From Myxococcota bacterium (GTDB taxonomy: Bacteria; Myxococcota_A; Polyangia; Polyangiales; Houyiibacteriaceae): 64,000 bases of DNA. The translations under genes and the position numbers were made by a program. Positions 55,726-64,000 of the stretch are shown here, piece by piece (position 1 is the stretch's first letter; every line of letters starts with the position of its first letter). The DNA lies in assembly GCA_039030515.1 (NCBI GenBank), contig JBCCEA010000013.1:1-64000 (forward strand). The letters are read 5' to 3'. Under the pieces are notes generated by a model. The model saw only the letters and a program-made list of their open reading frames with translations. It searched no databases and had not been told where the DNA came from.

Positions 55726-57193
55726 GGTGGTCTCCTTCCGCCGAGCTGGAGGGGTCCATGCAGCGAACGATCGCCGAGATTTGGTAGTTGACTCGGTCTT
55801 CGGCTGCGGGCGTCGTGCGGCCCTGCTCTACATTCTGAAAACACTCGTGCTCTTGCAGTCCCGTAGTGAGCTTGTCGAACGCTTCAACCCCGTCGAGCGT
55901 TCCTTGTAGATCCAGCTCCCCTTCGCCGTCCTCGTCTCCCACATCTACCGTGAGTCGCCGAACATCGTGGGTCGCCTCCGCGGGTAGGCTCGACGAAACG
56001 ACCGAGATCGTATCGAACGCATCGAACTTCGGCAGAGGGTCGGGGTTTTGTAGTCCGCCAGCAAGTAGATCACGGGCTTGGGCAGCGCTTTTTACTCCGC
56101 GGCCGAAGAGATGTTCGGTTGTTTGTGCGAGCTGCGCCTGAAGTGCGTCTCGTTCGGTGTCGAGCGCCACCCAGCGGGCGAACGTCGAGAAGAGAAAGGA
56201 GAGCGCGATGGCGATCGAGCAACCGATGAGGAGCTTGGTATGTTGCCGGACGTTGCTGAGGGTCCTCTGAGGCGTGAACTCTCCCTGAAGTAGATTGACG
56301 CGCTTCCGCTTGTCGGTGGCGCCCGCCGCGAGAGCGAGTGAGCGCATCGCTCTCGGTCCCAGTTCGGCAGACTCGTCCTCGGGGACCGGTGCCGGTAGCG
56401 GTGCGGTAGGACATCCCAGCAACTCGCTGAGCCAGGCACACCATTTGGAATCGGTGGCCAGTGTTCCCCCGAGGTATGCCTGCACGGGAGCCTCCTTACC
56501 CTCGGCTCGATAGCGTGCGAAAGTTCGGTAGAGCGCCTGCTCAAGCTCTGCAGCGTTGCCTCCGTCGACCGCAACAAATCCTGCGGATGCGGTTCTAGCA
56601 AACTCAGTAGTTCCCTTGTTGACGATGCAAATGTCCGAGGAGTGCTCTCGTATATCCATCAAGACCGAGGGGCCTTCGGAGGAGAGTTCCGGGATCACCG
56701 AGGTCAAGGCTTCGAGACAAAGCGGTCCCACCCGCATCGAAGCCGGCTGAACCTGAACGTCACTCAACGCGCCTAGGTGTTTGGCGATTTTTGTGCGAGG
56801 TGCCGCACACGCCACCAGCGAAAGCATGGTTTCACTTTGGCTCGTGATCTGGTGGTCGATGATGGTTTCGGCGATATCGAAGGGAATCACCGACTCCAGC
56901 TCGAAAGGAAGCACCTCTGAAATCCGTTTTACGGCACCCACCGGCAACTCTATCTGACGTAGCGATACCTCGTCTCCGTCGATCGCTATATGCACCTGCT
57001 CTGCAGGTCTATCCGCAAGATAGATCGCCTGATGAATGGCCGTATGCAGATGTTCCGTGGCGCTTGCTGGATCTTCAAGTGACTCCACCGCAACCTCGAC
57101 GTAGGCGACGACGTCACTTCGGCGAAGGGTCGTTCGCATATGGGTTGCGCGGACGATAGCGTGTTGAATGTCGAGTCCGACGATGCGTGCCAT
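55715..57193 (-). CDS. gspL: Type II secretion protein GspL (PilM/actin-like domain + TM + periplasmic domain)
   Basis: MARIVGLDI, LPFELESVIPF, VLMDI, VNLLQGEF, TM segment. Confidence 0.82.
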   Translation of the reverse strand: MARIVGLDIQHAIVRATHMRTTLRRSDVVAYVEVAVESLEDPASATEHLHTAIHQAIYLADRPAEQVHIAIDGDEVSLRQIELPVGAVKRISEVLPFELESVIPFDIAETIIDHQITSQSETMLSLVACAAPRTKIAKHLGALSDVQVQPASMRVGPLCLEALTSVIPELSSEGPSVLMDIREHSSDICIVNKGTTEFARTASAGFVAVDGGNAAELEQALYRTFARYRAEGKEAPVQAYLGGTLATDSKWCAWLSELLGCPTAPLPAPVPEDESAELGPRAMRSLALAAGATDKRKRVNLLQGEFTPQRTLSNVRQHTKLLIGCSIAIALSFLFSTFARWVALDTERDALQAQLAQTTEHLFGRGVKSAAQARDLLAGGLQNPDPLPKFDAFDTISVVSSSLPAEATHDVRRLTVDVGDEDGEGELDLQGTLDGVEAFDKLTTGLQEHECFQNVEQGRTTPAAEDRVNYQISAIVRCMDPSSSAEGDHRDR

Positions 57194-57201
57194 GGCCCTG
57201 A

Positions 57202-58608
57202 TCACTCCATCCTGTAGTAATGAAAGACCCCTAAGGTGGGAACACGTCCAGCATTGGGCGGTGGCGGATTCCATCTCGGATCGACGTTGATGACGCTGTT
57301 TAGCTCCACTGTGGTGCGGCAGTCCTTGGGGCCTTCGGGGTCCTCCGCATTGGGTCGACACCCAGCTTTTCCGATGGAGCGAACCCAGATAATACGTGCA
57401 TCTGCCACAAGTGAGTCTTGAATCTCACGTCGCTGCTCGCTGGTGAGTTCGATCGGGGTAAAGAGCAATGGATGGTCTTCTCCCAAAAAAGAGCGGAGCA
57501 TCGGATAAAGCTCCTGTTCGCTGCCTTGTCCCTGCAAGAACGTCAAGAAATCAGGGCCAGAAAAGAGAGGTATCGGGATCATGACCCGCACTTGTTCGAG
57601 AAGCGTCACAAATTTTGCTGACTCAAGCGGATCGCTACACAAGGGCTGGTCGGTGATGAAGGAACATACGCGTGCCAAAAGCACGCTGGGCGGCGCCTCG
57701 TTGACGTTGACCGAGCCAGAACCGTAAATCGTGAACGACCGGGAGCGTGGGTTCGAAGGATCGGGCTCAATAAAGGTGGCCCAGAAGTCGTCGCTGATTC
57801 CCCTCACGAGCCGCAGTTCCCCGAGAGAATCAAACGGTGCGTTCTTGATCGAATAGGGGTCGTCTAGTCCCAAATAGACATCGTCCTCTCTGCCGATGGA
57901 GCTGACGGTTGAGGCCCCCGGGTCAAAAGAGGTGCGCTCGGTATCGGAATCCCACCAGTCGATCATGGCGGAAACCACATCGAGGCGACTGGTGAATTGG
58001 CCATCTCCATCGCGGCGCTCAAAAAGCGGGTCGTAAGGGCTGGGTGCCTGATAGCCACCGATCGTGGCAAAGACCTGCATTGCGATCGAGCGGCGGGCGA
58101 GATCTCCATCCAGAAAAAGCGGATCGTTTATATTGATCTTGCTGTTTTCGGCGAACGACTGAATCTCGCACTCACCAGGTAGATTGTCCATGCCTTCGAT
58201 ATTGGAGAAACTGCCGGCCTCAAATGGACGACAAAACGGCGCCAGGATCTCGTTGGATAGCTCCCAGACCGGCAGCCGAGGTGGATCTCTGCCCAGCAGC
58301 GCACGGTACAGAGGGCGGGCGACCGTGGTGATGTTGTCGGTTTGAGCGATCAGCATGCGGTTCAGGTTGAGCGCGCTTTTTGCCATGTACTCGGCCTGCA
58401 GGCGTTCTTTTTGTGCGACTGAGACTGCATGCGCCGTGCTGGTATGTTCATGCATTTCGGCCAACAGTACCGAGAGGATCGCGATGGCGGTAAGGGCGAT
58501 GATCAGAGCGACGCCCTGCCGACGTTGATGTGCAGAGGCTCTTCGCTTCCGGCGACGAACTTGAGCGCGCAGCGGAACAGCGCGGTGTCTTTGACCGGGC
58601 TTTCTCAT
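57202..58608 (-). CDS. gspK: Minor pseudopilin GspK
   Basis: RQG|VALIIAL, ENSKININ, IDWWDSD, KNAPFDSLGELRLVRGI, VNVNEAP. Confidence 0.92.
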   Translation of the reverse strand: MRKPGQRHRAVPLRAQVRRRKRRASAHQRRQGVALIIALTAIAILSVLLAEMHEHTSTAHAVSVAQKERLQAEYMAKSALNLNRMLIAQTDNITTVARPLYRALLGRDPPRLPVWELSNEILAPFCRPFEAGSFSNIEGMDNLPGECEIQSFAENSKININDPLFLDGDLARRSIAMQVFATIGGYQAPSPYDPLFERRDGDGQFTSRLDVVSAMIDWWDSDTERTSFDPGASTVSSIGREDDVYLGLDDPYSIKNAPFDSLGELRLVRGISDDFWATFIEPDPSNPRSRSFTIYGSGSVNVNEAPPSVLLARVCSFITDQPLCSDPLESAKFVTLLEQVRVMIPIPLFSGPDFLTFLQGQGSEQELYPMLRSFLGEDHPLLFTPIELTSEQRREIQDSLVADARIIWVRSIGKAGCRPNAEDPEGPKDCRTTVELNSVINVDPRWNPPPPNAGRVPTLGVFHYYRME

Positions 58609-59369
58609 TGATACACCGCGTGATTTAAGGCGTGCACCATCGGTAGAACAGCTCGAGTTCCATAAGTCCGGGTCCGTTCGCGATCTTCACGGGCGGTCGG
58701 CTCGGTGACGGTGAGTAGAATCTTGACCTGCGCGGGTAGTCGGTTGGGTTGACCCGTGGTTTGAGTCGTGTCCCAGGAGTTGACCCAAAGGTTGGAAAGA
58801 GGATCGAAATAGCTAAGCTCTAATGACTCCACGCCTTCGACAAGTAGTTCGACTCTGCCGCCACGCTCTGGGTCTTCGTCGATTCTATTTTGCTCTCTGC
58901 GCGCAAGTATGTTTTGCGAGGTGTCTTCTGGATGTCGCATCACAAAGTAGCTGAGTTCATTCTGCTCTGACTCATGCGCGTTGCGGTAGAGCCTCTGGTG
59001 CGAAAAAGAGGTGAAATCGATCCGGTCTCTTGCGCCGCGATCGGTTCCGACGAATGCGGTCCGAACGGTCTGCAGGGTAGGGTTGTCGTTCAAGTGTACG
59101 GACACAAACGCCATCGACAGCTCCCTTGCCATACGTTCTAGGGCTGAAGCGATCACGTGCTGCCGATCGATGCTGCGCTCCACGATCCTTTTGTTGCGAG
59201 TGGTCTGCGAGAATCCGCTCCAAACCATAGTGGCTACGATACTCAGAATTGAAATCGCGATCAGTGCTTCGATCAGGGTGAGCGCCTTCGTTTTGCGTTG
59301 GGGCCTAAGCGGACTCCGACCCTTTTTTGTCAAAAGCCCCGTCCGGCTGTTGGCTCTGTACCACCTCAC
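58605..59369 (-). CDS. gspJ: Minor pseudopilin GspJ
   Basis: TKA|LTLIEALIA; RMARELSMAF; W..SWDT..LPAQVKI. Confidence 0.85.
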   Translation of the reverse strand: MRWYRANSRTGLLTKKGRSPLRPQRKTKALTLIEALIAISILSIVATMVWSGFSQTTRNKRIVERSIDRQHVIASALERMARELSMAFVSVHLNDNPTLQTVRTAFVGTDRGARDRIDFTSFSHQRLYRNAHESEQNELSYFVMRHPEDTSQNILARREQNRIDEDPERGGRVELLVEGVESLELSYFDPLSNLWVNSWDTTQTTGQPNRLPAQVKILLTVTEPTAREDRERTRTYGTRAVLPMVHALNHAVYQ

Positions 59370-60073
59370 TCGGCGCTCCCGCTTACTTCCTCTGGTGCGG
59401 TCGTGGTCTCTTGAGGGATCCCGGTTTGCGAAGTCGTGGTGACCTCGGAAACCGCGAACTGCACGACCTCAAAAGAGCGTTCACGTTTGCCCTCGTTCCA
59501 CTTCACCTCGACCGTGACGCGGCGCACTTGCTCCTCGATACTGGGCTTGAGCAGAGGAAACGCAAAATCCATAGCGATCTGAGCAAATCCTCCACTTCCG
59601 ACCGCCGAAAATGCAGCGGTGGCGGCCTCCTGGGGGTTGCTCGCCACATCGGTGAAGCCCGATCCACTCAGTAGCTCCTCACCGTCCGACCCGCCTTCGT
59701 CCTCTACTCCGAGACTGTCCGGCAAAATGATGCGTTCGATAGACCAGTCACACGTAAAACCCTCGATTTCGGCTCCCTCACAGCAGATGTCCGAATCTGA
59801 ATCGTCGATCGCAGGCAAGCCTTCCGTGGAGATTTGCTCCTCGATTTCCGCCATTTTGCATCGAGCAAGTAGCGTTGCGGTGGAGGTGTGTTTGGCAATC
59901 CCAGCGGCCTTGATGGCACCCGCTTCACTCGAGAATATCGCGACCAGTGCGATGGCTAGAATCGCTACCGACACCATGACTTCCACGAGCGTGAATCCTG
60001 CGTGGACCGCGTGTGGTTTGGCCGGTGCCGGCGCTACAGAGCCGAGCTGATGACTCAGAATCGCTTTGTGCAT
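59366..60073 (-). CDS. gspI: Minor pseudopilin GspI
   Basis: HAG|FTLVEVMV; ATLLARCKM; VRRVTVEVKW. Confidence 0.85.
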   Translation of the reverse strand: MHKAILSHQLGSVAPAPAKPHAVHAGFTLVEVMVSVAILAIALVAIFSSEAGAIKAAGIAKHTSTATLLARCKMAEIEEQISTEGLPAIDDSDSDICCEGAEIEGFTCDWSIERIILPDSLGVEDEGGSDGEELLSGSGFTDVASNPQEAATAAFSAVGSGGFAQIAMDFAFPLLKPSIEEQVRRVTVEVKWNEGKRERSFEVVQFAVSEVTTTSQTGIPQETTTAPEEVSGSAE

Positions 60074-60837
60074 TATCCCGGGTCTTCCAGCGCCGCGGAA
60101 TCGATCAGGGCTTCGGGTTCGAACGCATACGGGTAGACGGTACCCCTGCCCGTCAGGGGGTGGATCTCGATCGAGAAGATGCTGCCGCCCCGATCGGAGA
60201 GCTGCACGATCGCTCGCTCCGTACGGCCTTGAGGAAAGAAGTAGATCGAACCCTTGCCGTACTCACGAGGTTCTATTTCGTGGGGGGTAATCAGGCGTGC
60301 AAAGCGGATATGGTCTCCGATTGCGCGAGGTTTGTAGCGTTTCAGAACCTCGCCGGAGGGACCGCGCATGGGCTGGAACGGGGATGCTCCGAAGCTGGGC
60401 GTGAAGGCTTCCTCCAGACGAGCTTCTGCAACGGCCCAAGGATCTACGGCGGCGAGATCCTCCTCGTCCTCATCGAGCTCTTGCCGGATTTCGTCGTCGC
60501 TACGTGCTAAAACGACGTGGCCCTCGGCTTCTTCAATCGAAATGTTCTGCGTCTCGAAGTCCAGCACGATACGAATCGTCTTGCCTTGAGTGACGGCCCG
60601 CGCATAGGCAAAGCGCGCAGCGGCCACCACGGTAAAGCACGACTTGCGTAAGCTGGAACGTGTCAATGCGCCTAGGCCGAGGGCGCTGCCGCTGACCGCC
60701 AGACTGAGCAGTAGGATCACGACCAAGATCTCGATCAGGGTGACTCCATGCACACGTTGTGAATCGCTTTTGAAGGATCGCGAATGCGTCTCTGCAGCGA
60801 TTTCGATTTCAGCCCTCCTCGCCTCGCTCGGAACCAT
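60073..60837 (-). CDS. gspH: Minor pseudopilin GspH/FimT-like (start uncertain, ATG 60837 or 60873)
   Basis: VHG|VTLIEILVV; IYFFPQG; IHPLTGR. Confidence 0.82.
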   Translation of the reverse strand: MVPSEARRAEIEIAAETHSRSFKSDSQRVHGVTLIEILVVILLLSLAVSGSALGLGALTRSSLRKSCFTVVAAARFAYARAVTQGKTIRIVLDFETQNISIEEAEGHVVLARSDDEIRQELDEDEEDLAAVDPWAVAEARLEEAFTPSFGASPFQPMRGPSGEVLKRYKPRAIGDHIRFARLITPHEIEPREYGKGSIYFFPQGRTERAIVQLSDRGGSIFSIEIHPLTGRGTVYPYAFEPEALIDSAALEDPG

Positions 60838-61285
60838 AGACGTCGTCCTCGCTAGGTACGCCGTCCGGTCCATTCGAGACTACTTCGACATTGAGTCCGT
60901 TGCATTCGATACGAAAGTCATTGTCCCAAGCGTCGGTGGTACGTTTCGATCGGTCGAGTAGTCCGCTTTCGATCAAGTCCTCGACGGTCGGGCATCCTGC
61001 TCTTGCGTTCTGAGCGATATAGATGGTCACGGCCCCCTGCAGTGCACTCGCGTCCGTTCGGGAGCTGCTTCGACGGGCCGACTCCAGCTGTGGGAGCACG
61101 GCCACGCCGACCGCGGTGGCCATGAGCGCCATGATGATCACAACGATCATGATCTCCACCAAGGTCATCCCCTCCTGACGATCACGTTTTCGAGTGGCCC
61201 AAGGGCGCGGCGTATTCAGTTCTATCTTCATTTGGGTTGGTGATACCTGCTTTGCGTCCACTGCATTAGAGTCCAATAATTGCAT
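60809..61285 (-). CDS. gspG: Major pseudopilin GspG
   Basis: GGAGG SD; QEG|MTLVEIMIV; DAWDNDF..VVSNGPDG..EDD. Confidence 0.88.
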   Translation of the reverse strand: MQLLDSNAVDAKQVSPTQMKIELNTPRPWATRKRDRQEGMTLVEIMIVVIIMALMATAVGVAVLPQLESARRSSSRTDASALQGAVTIYIAQNARAGCPTVEDLIESGLLDRSKRTTDAWDNDFRIECNGLNVEVVSNGPDGVPSEDDVYGSERGEEG

Positions 61286-61381
61286 CGTTTCCTCCCTCAG
61301 ATCGCATGGATTGCATCGCCGCAACTACTTGCTTCCGATGATGCCGTTGCCAGGATCATGAATAGTGAATCGGGAATATGT

Positions 61382-61816
61382 TCATTGAATATTGTCATCC
61401 ACAAAGAACGAACCGCTAAGTCCTGACGAAACCACATCGATGCGATCTGGGTCGATGAGAGAGGGGCATCGAAGATAGAGACTGCGATTCCAACCGTCTT
61501 TGGGAATCTCCCTCAGGTAGCGCATCGAAGATCGAGGTGGCCTGATGAGCTCCGTCTCTCGCTCAGGACATCGATCGTGGTCTGAGCGAAACTCCTCGAC
61601 AGCTTTGCGGAGTTCGGCGATGGCGGTTTGACTGGCTCGGATTCTCGCTCTCCGGACTGCGGAACCATACAAGAACCAGGCAAGGCTGGAGCTCAGTAGG
61701 ACGATCAACAGGATCTTCCACCTAGAGCCTCCGAGCAGTCCACTCCACTGCGGGATTCTTCTTTCCCAAGGCAGGAAGATTCCAGGTCTTTTTCCTGATT
61801 TTTTGACTGTCCGCAC
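61382..61816 (-). CDS. GspG-like pseudopilin-domain protein lacking a canonical class III signal
   Basis: AVEEFRSDHDRCP..YLREIPKDGWNR..VVSSGLSG..DDNI (GspG C-terminal pattern). Confidence 0.75.
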   Translation of the reverse strand: MRTVKKSGKRPGIFLPWERRIPQWSGLLGGSRWKILLIVLLSSSLAWFLYGSAVRRARIRASQTAIAELRKAVEEFRSDHDRCPERETELIRPPRSSMRYLREIPKDGWNRSLYLRCPSLIDPDRIDVVSSGLSGSFFVDDNIQ

Positions 61817-61818
61817 CG

Positions 61819-63045
61819 TTATTGGGTCACAAACTGATTGATTTGAAGAAGGGGCATTAAGATCGCAAACGCGATTCCGCCGGAGATGCCTCCCATCACC
61901 ACGATGAGGAGGGGTTCGAGCAAAGAGGTCATCGCGCCGACTCGAGCATCGATCTGCTGATCGTAGGCGCTGGCGATGTGTTCCAGCATCTGTTCAAGTT
62001 GACCAGACCGCTCGCCGATCGCGATCATATGCGTCACGATCGGCGGAAAGCGCCCGCTTTGGCGCAGGGGTTTTGCGATACTCTCACCTTCACGCACGCT
62101 GGCTCGGGCGTCTTCCACCACACTCATGAGTTCGGTGTTTCCGAGTACATTTCGGGTGATCTCCATCGCTGCGAGTACCGGAACGCCGCTGGCCAAAAGC
62201 GTGGATAGGGTCCGCGCAAAGCGAGTCATCGCGACCATCAGTATGAGTCGCCCAAATAAAGGGATGCCCAGCACAAAGCGATCCCAAGTGCTTCGCCCCT
62301 TTTCAGTTTTCTTCCACCTTCGAAAGCCCATGAAGCCAAGGACGGTGAGCAGTAGGAGGAGCCACCACCATCCGGTGAGCACCTCACTTGTGAAGATGAG
62401 AAGCGTGGTGTACCAGGGAAGGGCTTGCTCGAAGTCCGCAAAGATCGCGGTGACCTTTGGTACGACGACGGTCATCATCACCAGGATGACAAAGAAGCTC
62501 ATCACAGCCATGAACATCGGATATGCGATCGCTCCAGATACCTTGGTTCTCAGTTTGGCCTGAGACTCTAGAAAGTCGGCCAGACGACCAAGGACCACCT
62601 CGAGCATTCCTGACGCCTCTCCCGCGGCCACCATATTCACGTAGAGATCTTCGAAGATCGAAGGATGCGATCGCAGCGCGTCGGCGAAGCTGGTTCCCTC
62701 GTTTACCTTATCGCGAGTCTGAGTAAATGCGCTTTTGAGTTCGGGAGTCTCAAGTTGATCGGTCAGTGCAGTGAGTGCTTCAACAAGTGGAATTCCGGAT
62801 GCAAGCAGCGTCGCAAGCTGTCTGGTCGTGAGTGCCAATTCGGTGGAGGAGACCCGTCGAAACAACTTGCCGATATCGATGTCGCGCGCGTTTCGTTTCT
62901 GCGCCTCCGACTCTTCGAGCAGCTGGGTCACCAAGACCCCTTCGCGCTTGAGGTTCAGTTTGAGAGCCTTTGGGCTGTCAGCATCCCGCACTCCCTTGAC
63001 GGTCTTCCCCTTCGCGTTGATCCCTTGCCACCGAAAGACAGCCAC
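61819..63045 (-). CDS. gspF: Type II secretion inner-membrane protein GspF
   Basis: TRQLATLLASGIPLVEAL, MVAAGEASG, AIAYP, IGERSGQLE, LLEP. Confidence 0.96.
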   Translation of the reverse strand: MAVFRWQGINAKGKTVKGVRDADSPKALKLNLKREGVLVTQLLEESEAQKRNARDIDIGKLFRRVSSTELALTTRQLATLLASGIPLVEALTALTDQLETPELKSAFTQTRDKVNEGTSFADALRSHPSIFEDLYVNMVAAGEASGMLEVVLGRLADFLESQAKLRTKVSGAIAYPMFMAVMSFFVILVMMTVVVPKVTAIFADFEQALPWYTTLLIFTSEVLTGWWWLLLLLTVLGFMGFRRWKKTEKGRSTWDRFVLGIPLFGRLILMVAMTRFARTLSTLLASGVPVLAAMEITRNVLGNTELMSVVEDARASVREGESIAKPLRQSGRFPPIVTHMIAIGERSGQLEQMLEHIASAYDQQIDARVGAMTSLLEPLLIVVMGGISGGIAFAILMPLLQINQFVTQ

Positions 63046-64000
63046 TTAATCTACTTCTCCGGCTTGGGTTGCCGCCAGTACCTCTTCAAGTGATGTGACG
63101 CCTCCCATCACTTGGCGTGCTCCATCGTCTCGCAGTATGCGCATGCCTCGCTCCACCGAGATCCGCTGGATGGTCGCTGCATCGCTGTTGTTTAGAATTG
63201 CGCGCCGGATAGGCTCATCGATACGCATCAACTCAAAGATGCCGAGACGCCCGCGGTAGCCTGTATGACCACAGTGCTCGCAGCCCTTCGGTCGATAAAA
63301 TGCAGGTCTGCCGTCCATCCAATGGAGGGCGCTGGTTCCGTTTGCTCCGTTAGGTTTGAGCGATGGATGCGGCTTTCCTCGTTCCGTTGAAGGCTTCGAG
63401 GACACTGACCCGATAGGGCCGGCGTCTGCTTCCTCGAGCGGGGTGAACTCTGGCAGTTCCCTCGCTGCGGTTTCCTCGATCACCCGGCCGTGCTGATCGA
63501 AGAACGTATCGAAGTCAGAGATGCCGAGCTCGCGGAAGTCTTCACCACTAGGGCGGTAGGGTTCTTTGCAGTACTTGCATAGCTTGCGTACCAAGCGCTG
63601 GGCCAAGACCGCCAAGACTGAAGACGAGATCAAGAAGGGTTGAATGCCCATCTCGACCAGTCGGGTTACTGCACCCGGCGCGTCATTTGTATGAAGGGTA
63701 GAAAATACGAGATGACCGGTAAGTGAAGCGTGAATGGCGATATCAGCAGTTTCCTGGTCTCGAATCTCACCCACGAGGATCACGTCCGGATCCTGGCGTA
63801 AGAAGGAACGTAATCCGGATGCAAAGCTGAGGCCGATCTTCGAATTGACCTGCATTTGCCCAATGCCGGGGAGTTCATACTCGACCGGATCTTCGACCGT
63901 TAATATGTTTTTTTCGGGCGTATTGATCTTATTCAGACAGGCATAGAGCGTGGTGGTTTTGCCAGATCCGGTGGGTCCAGTGACCAAAATGATGCCGTTC
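63046..64000 (-). CDS. gspE: Type II secretion ATPase GspE, 3' part (5' end beyond the right edge)
   Basis: Walker [45 protein letters not shown], tetracysteine CKYC..CEHC. Confidence 0.96.
   Translation of the reverse strand, partial: NGIILVTGPTGSGKTTTLYACLNKINTPEKNILTVEDPVEYELPGIGQMQVNSKIGLSFASGLRSFLRQDPDVILVGEIRDQETADIAIHASLTGHLVFSTLHTNDAPGAVTRLVEMGIQPFLISSSVLAVLAQRLVRKLCKYCKEPYRPSGEDFRELGISDFDTFFDQHGRVIEETAARELPEFTPLEEADAGPIGSVSSKPSTERGKPHPSLKPNGANGTSALHWMDGRPAFYRPKGCEHCGHTGYRGRLGIFELMRIDEPIRRAILNNSDAATIQRISVERGMRILRDDGARQVMGGVTSLEEVLAATQAGEVD

Noticed and set aside
63283..63567. GspE insertion as an intein
   Set aside because: No N-terminal Cys/Ser block or C-terminal His-Asn, and it is too short and low in complexity.

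Overview
Bacterial chromosomal window, most likely from a myxobacterium (Myxococcota, Polyangia-like). This is inferred from MYXO-CTERM-like tags, Asp-Ser-Gly-linker lipoproteins, a HEAT-repeat chemosensory cluster and a myxobacterial-type gspE-N locus. Left to right: two tandem paralogous DSG-repeat lipoproteins (the first cut by the window edge and absent from the ORF track); a PAS histidine kinase plus a REC-DUF4388-roadblock fusion; an FG-GAP lipoprotein; alaS; a recN / PlsB-like / GpsA-like / Fe-ADH / DciA-like run; trpFBA; a nine-gene chemosensory operon with no MCP; a 1460-aa envelope protein; a PfkB kinase and mtnP; FHA, OmpA/TSP3 (TraB-like), M50 protease and Ig-like envelope genes; a histidine kinase pair; a PP2C-cNMP phosphatase; rsmI; a sigma-32 factor; an ArsC/Spx protein; and a type II secretion operon running off the right edge. 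No rRNA, tRNA, CRISPR array or mobile element was recognised. The best candidates for new biology are: (1) the 1460-aa protein, which has BPI/LBP-like lipid-binding motifs, an internal MYXO-CTERM-like tag and a second internal lipoprotein signal, and may be a polyprotein; (2) a GpsA homologue lacking its catalytic residues and translationally coupled to an acyltransferase; (3) a kinase/pseudokinase pair; (4) the receptor-less Che system with a coiled-coil/GAF protein. All family assignments come from motif recognition by eye; no searches were run.
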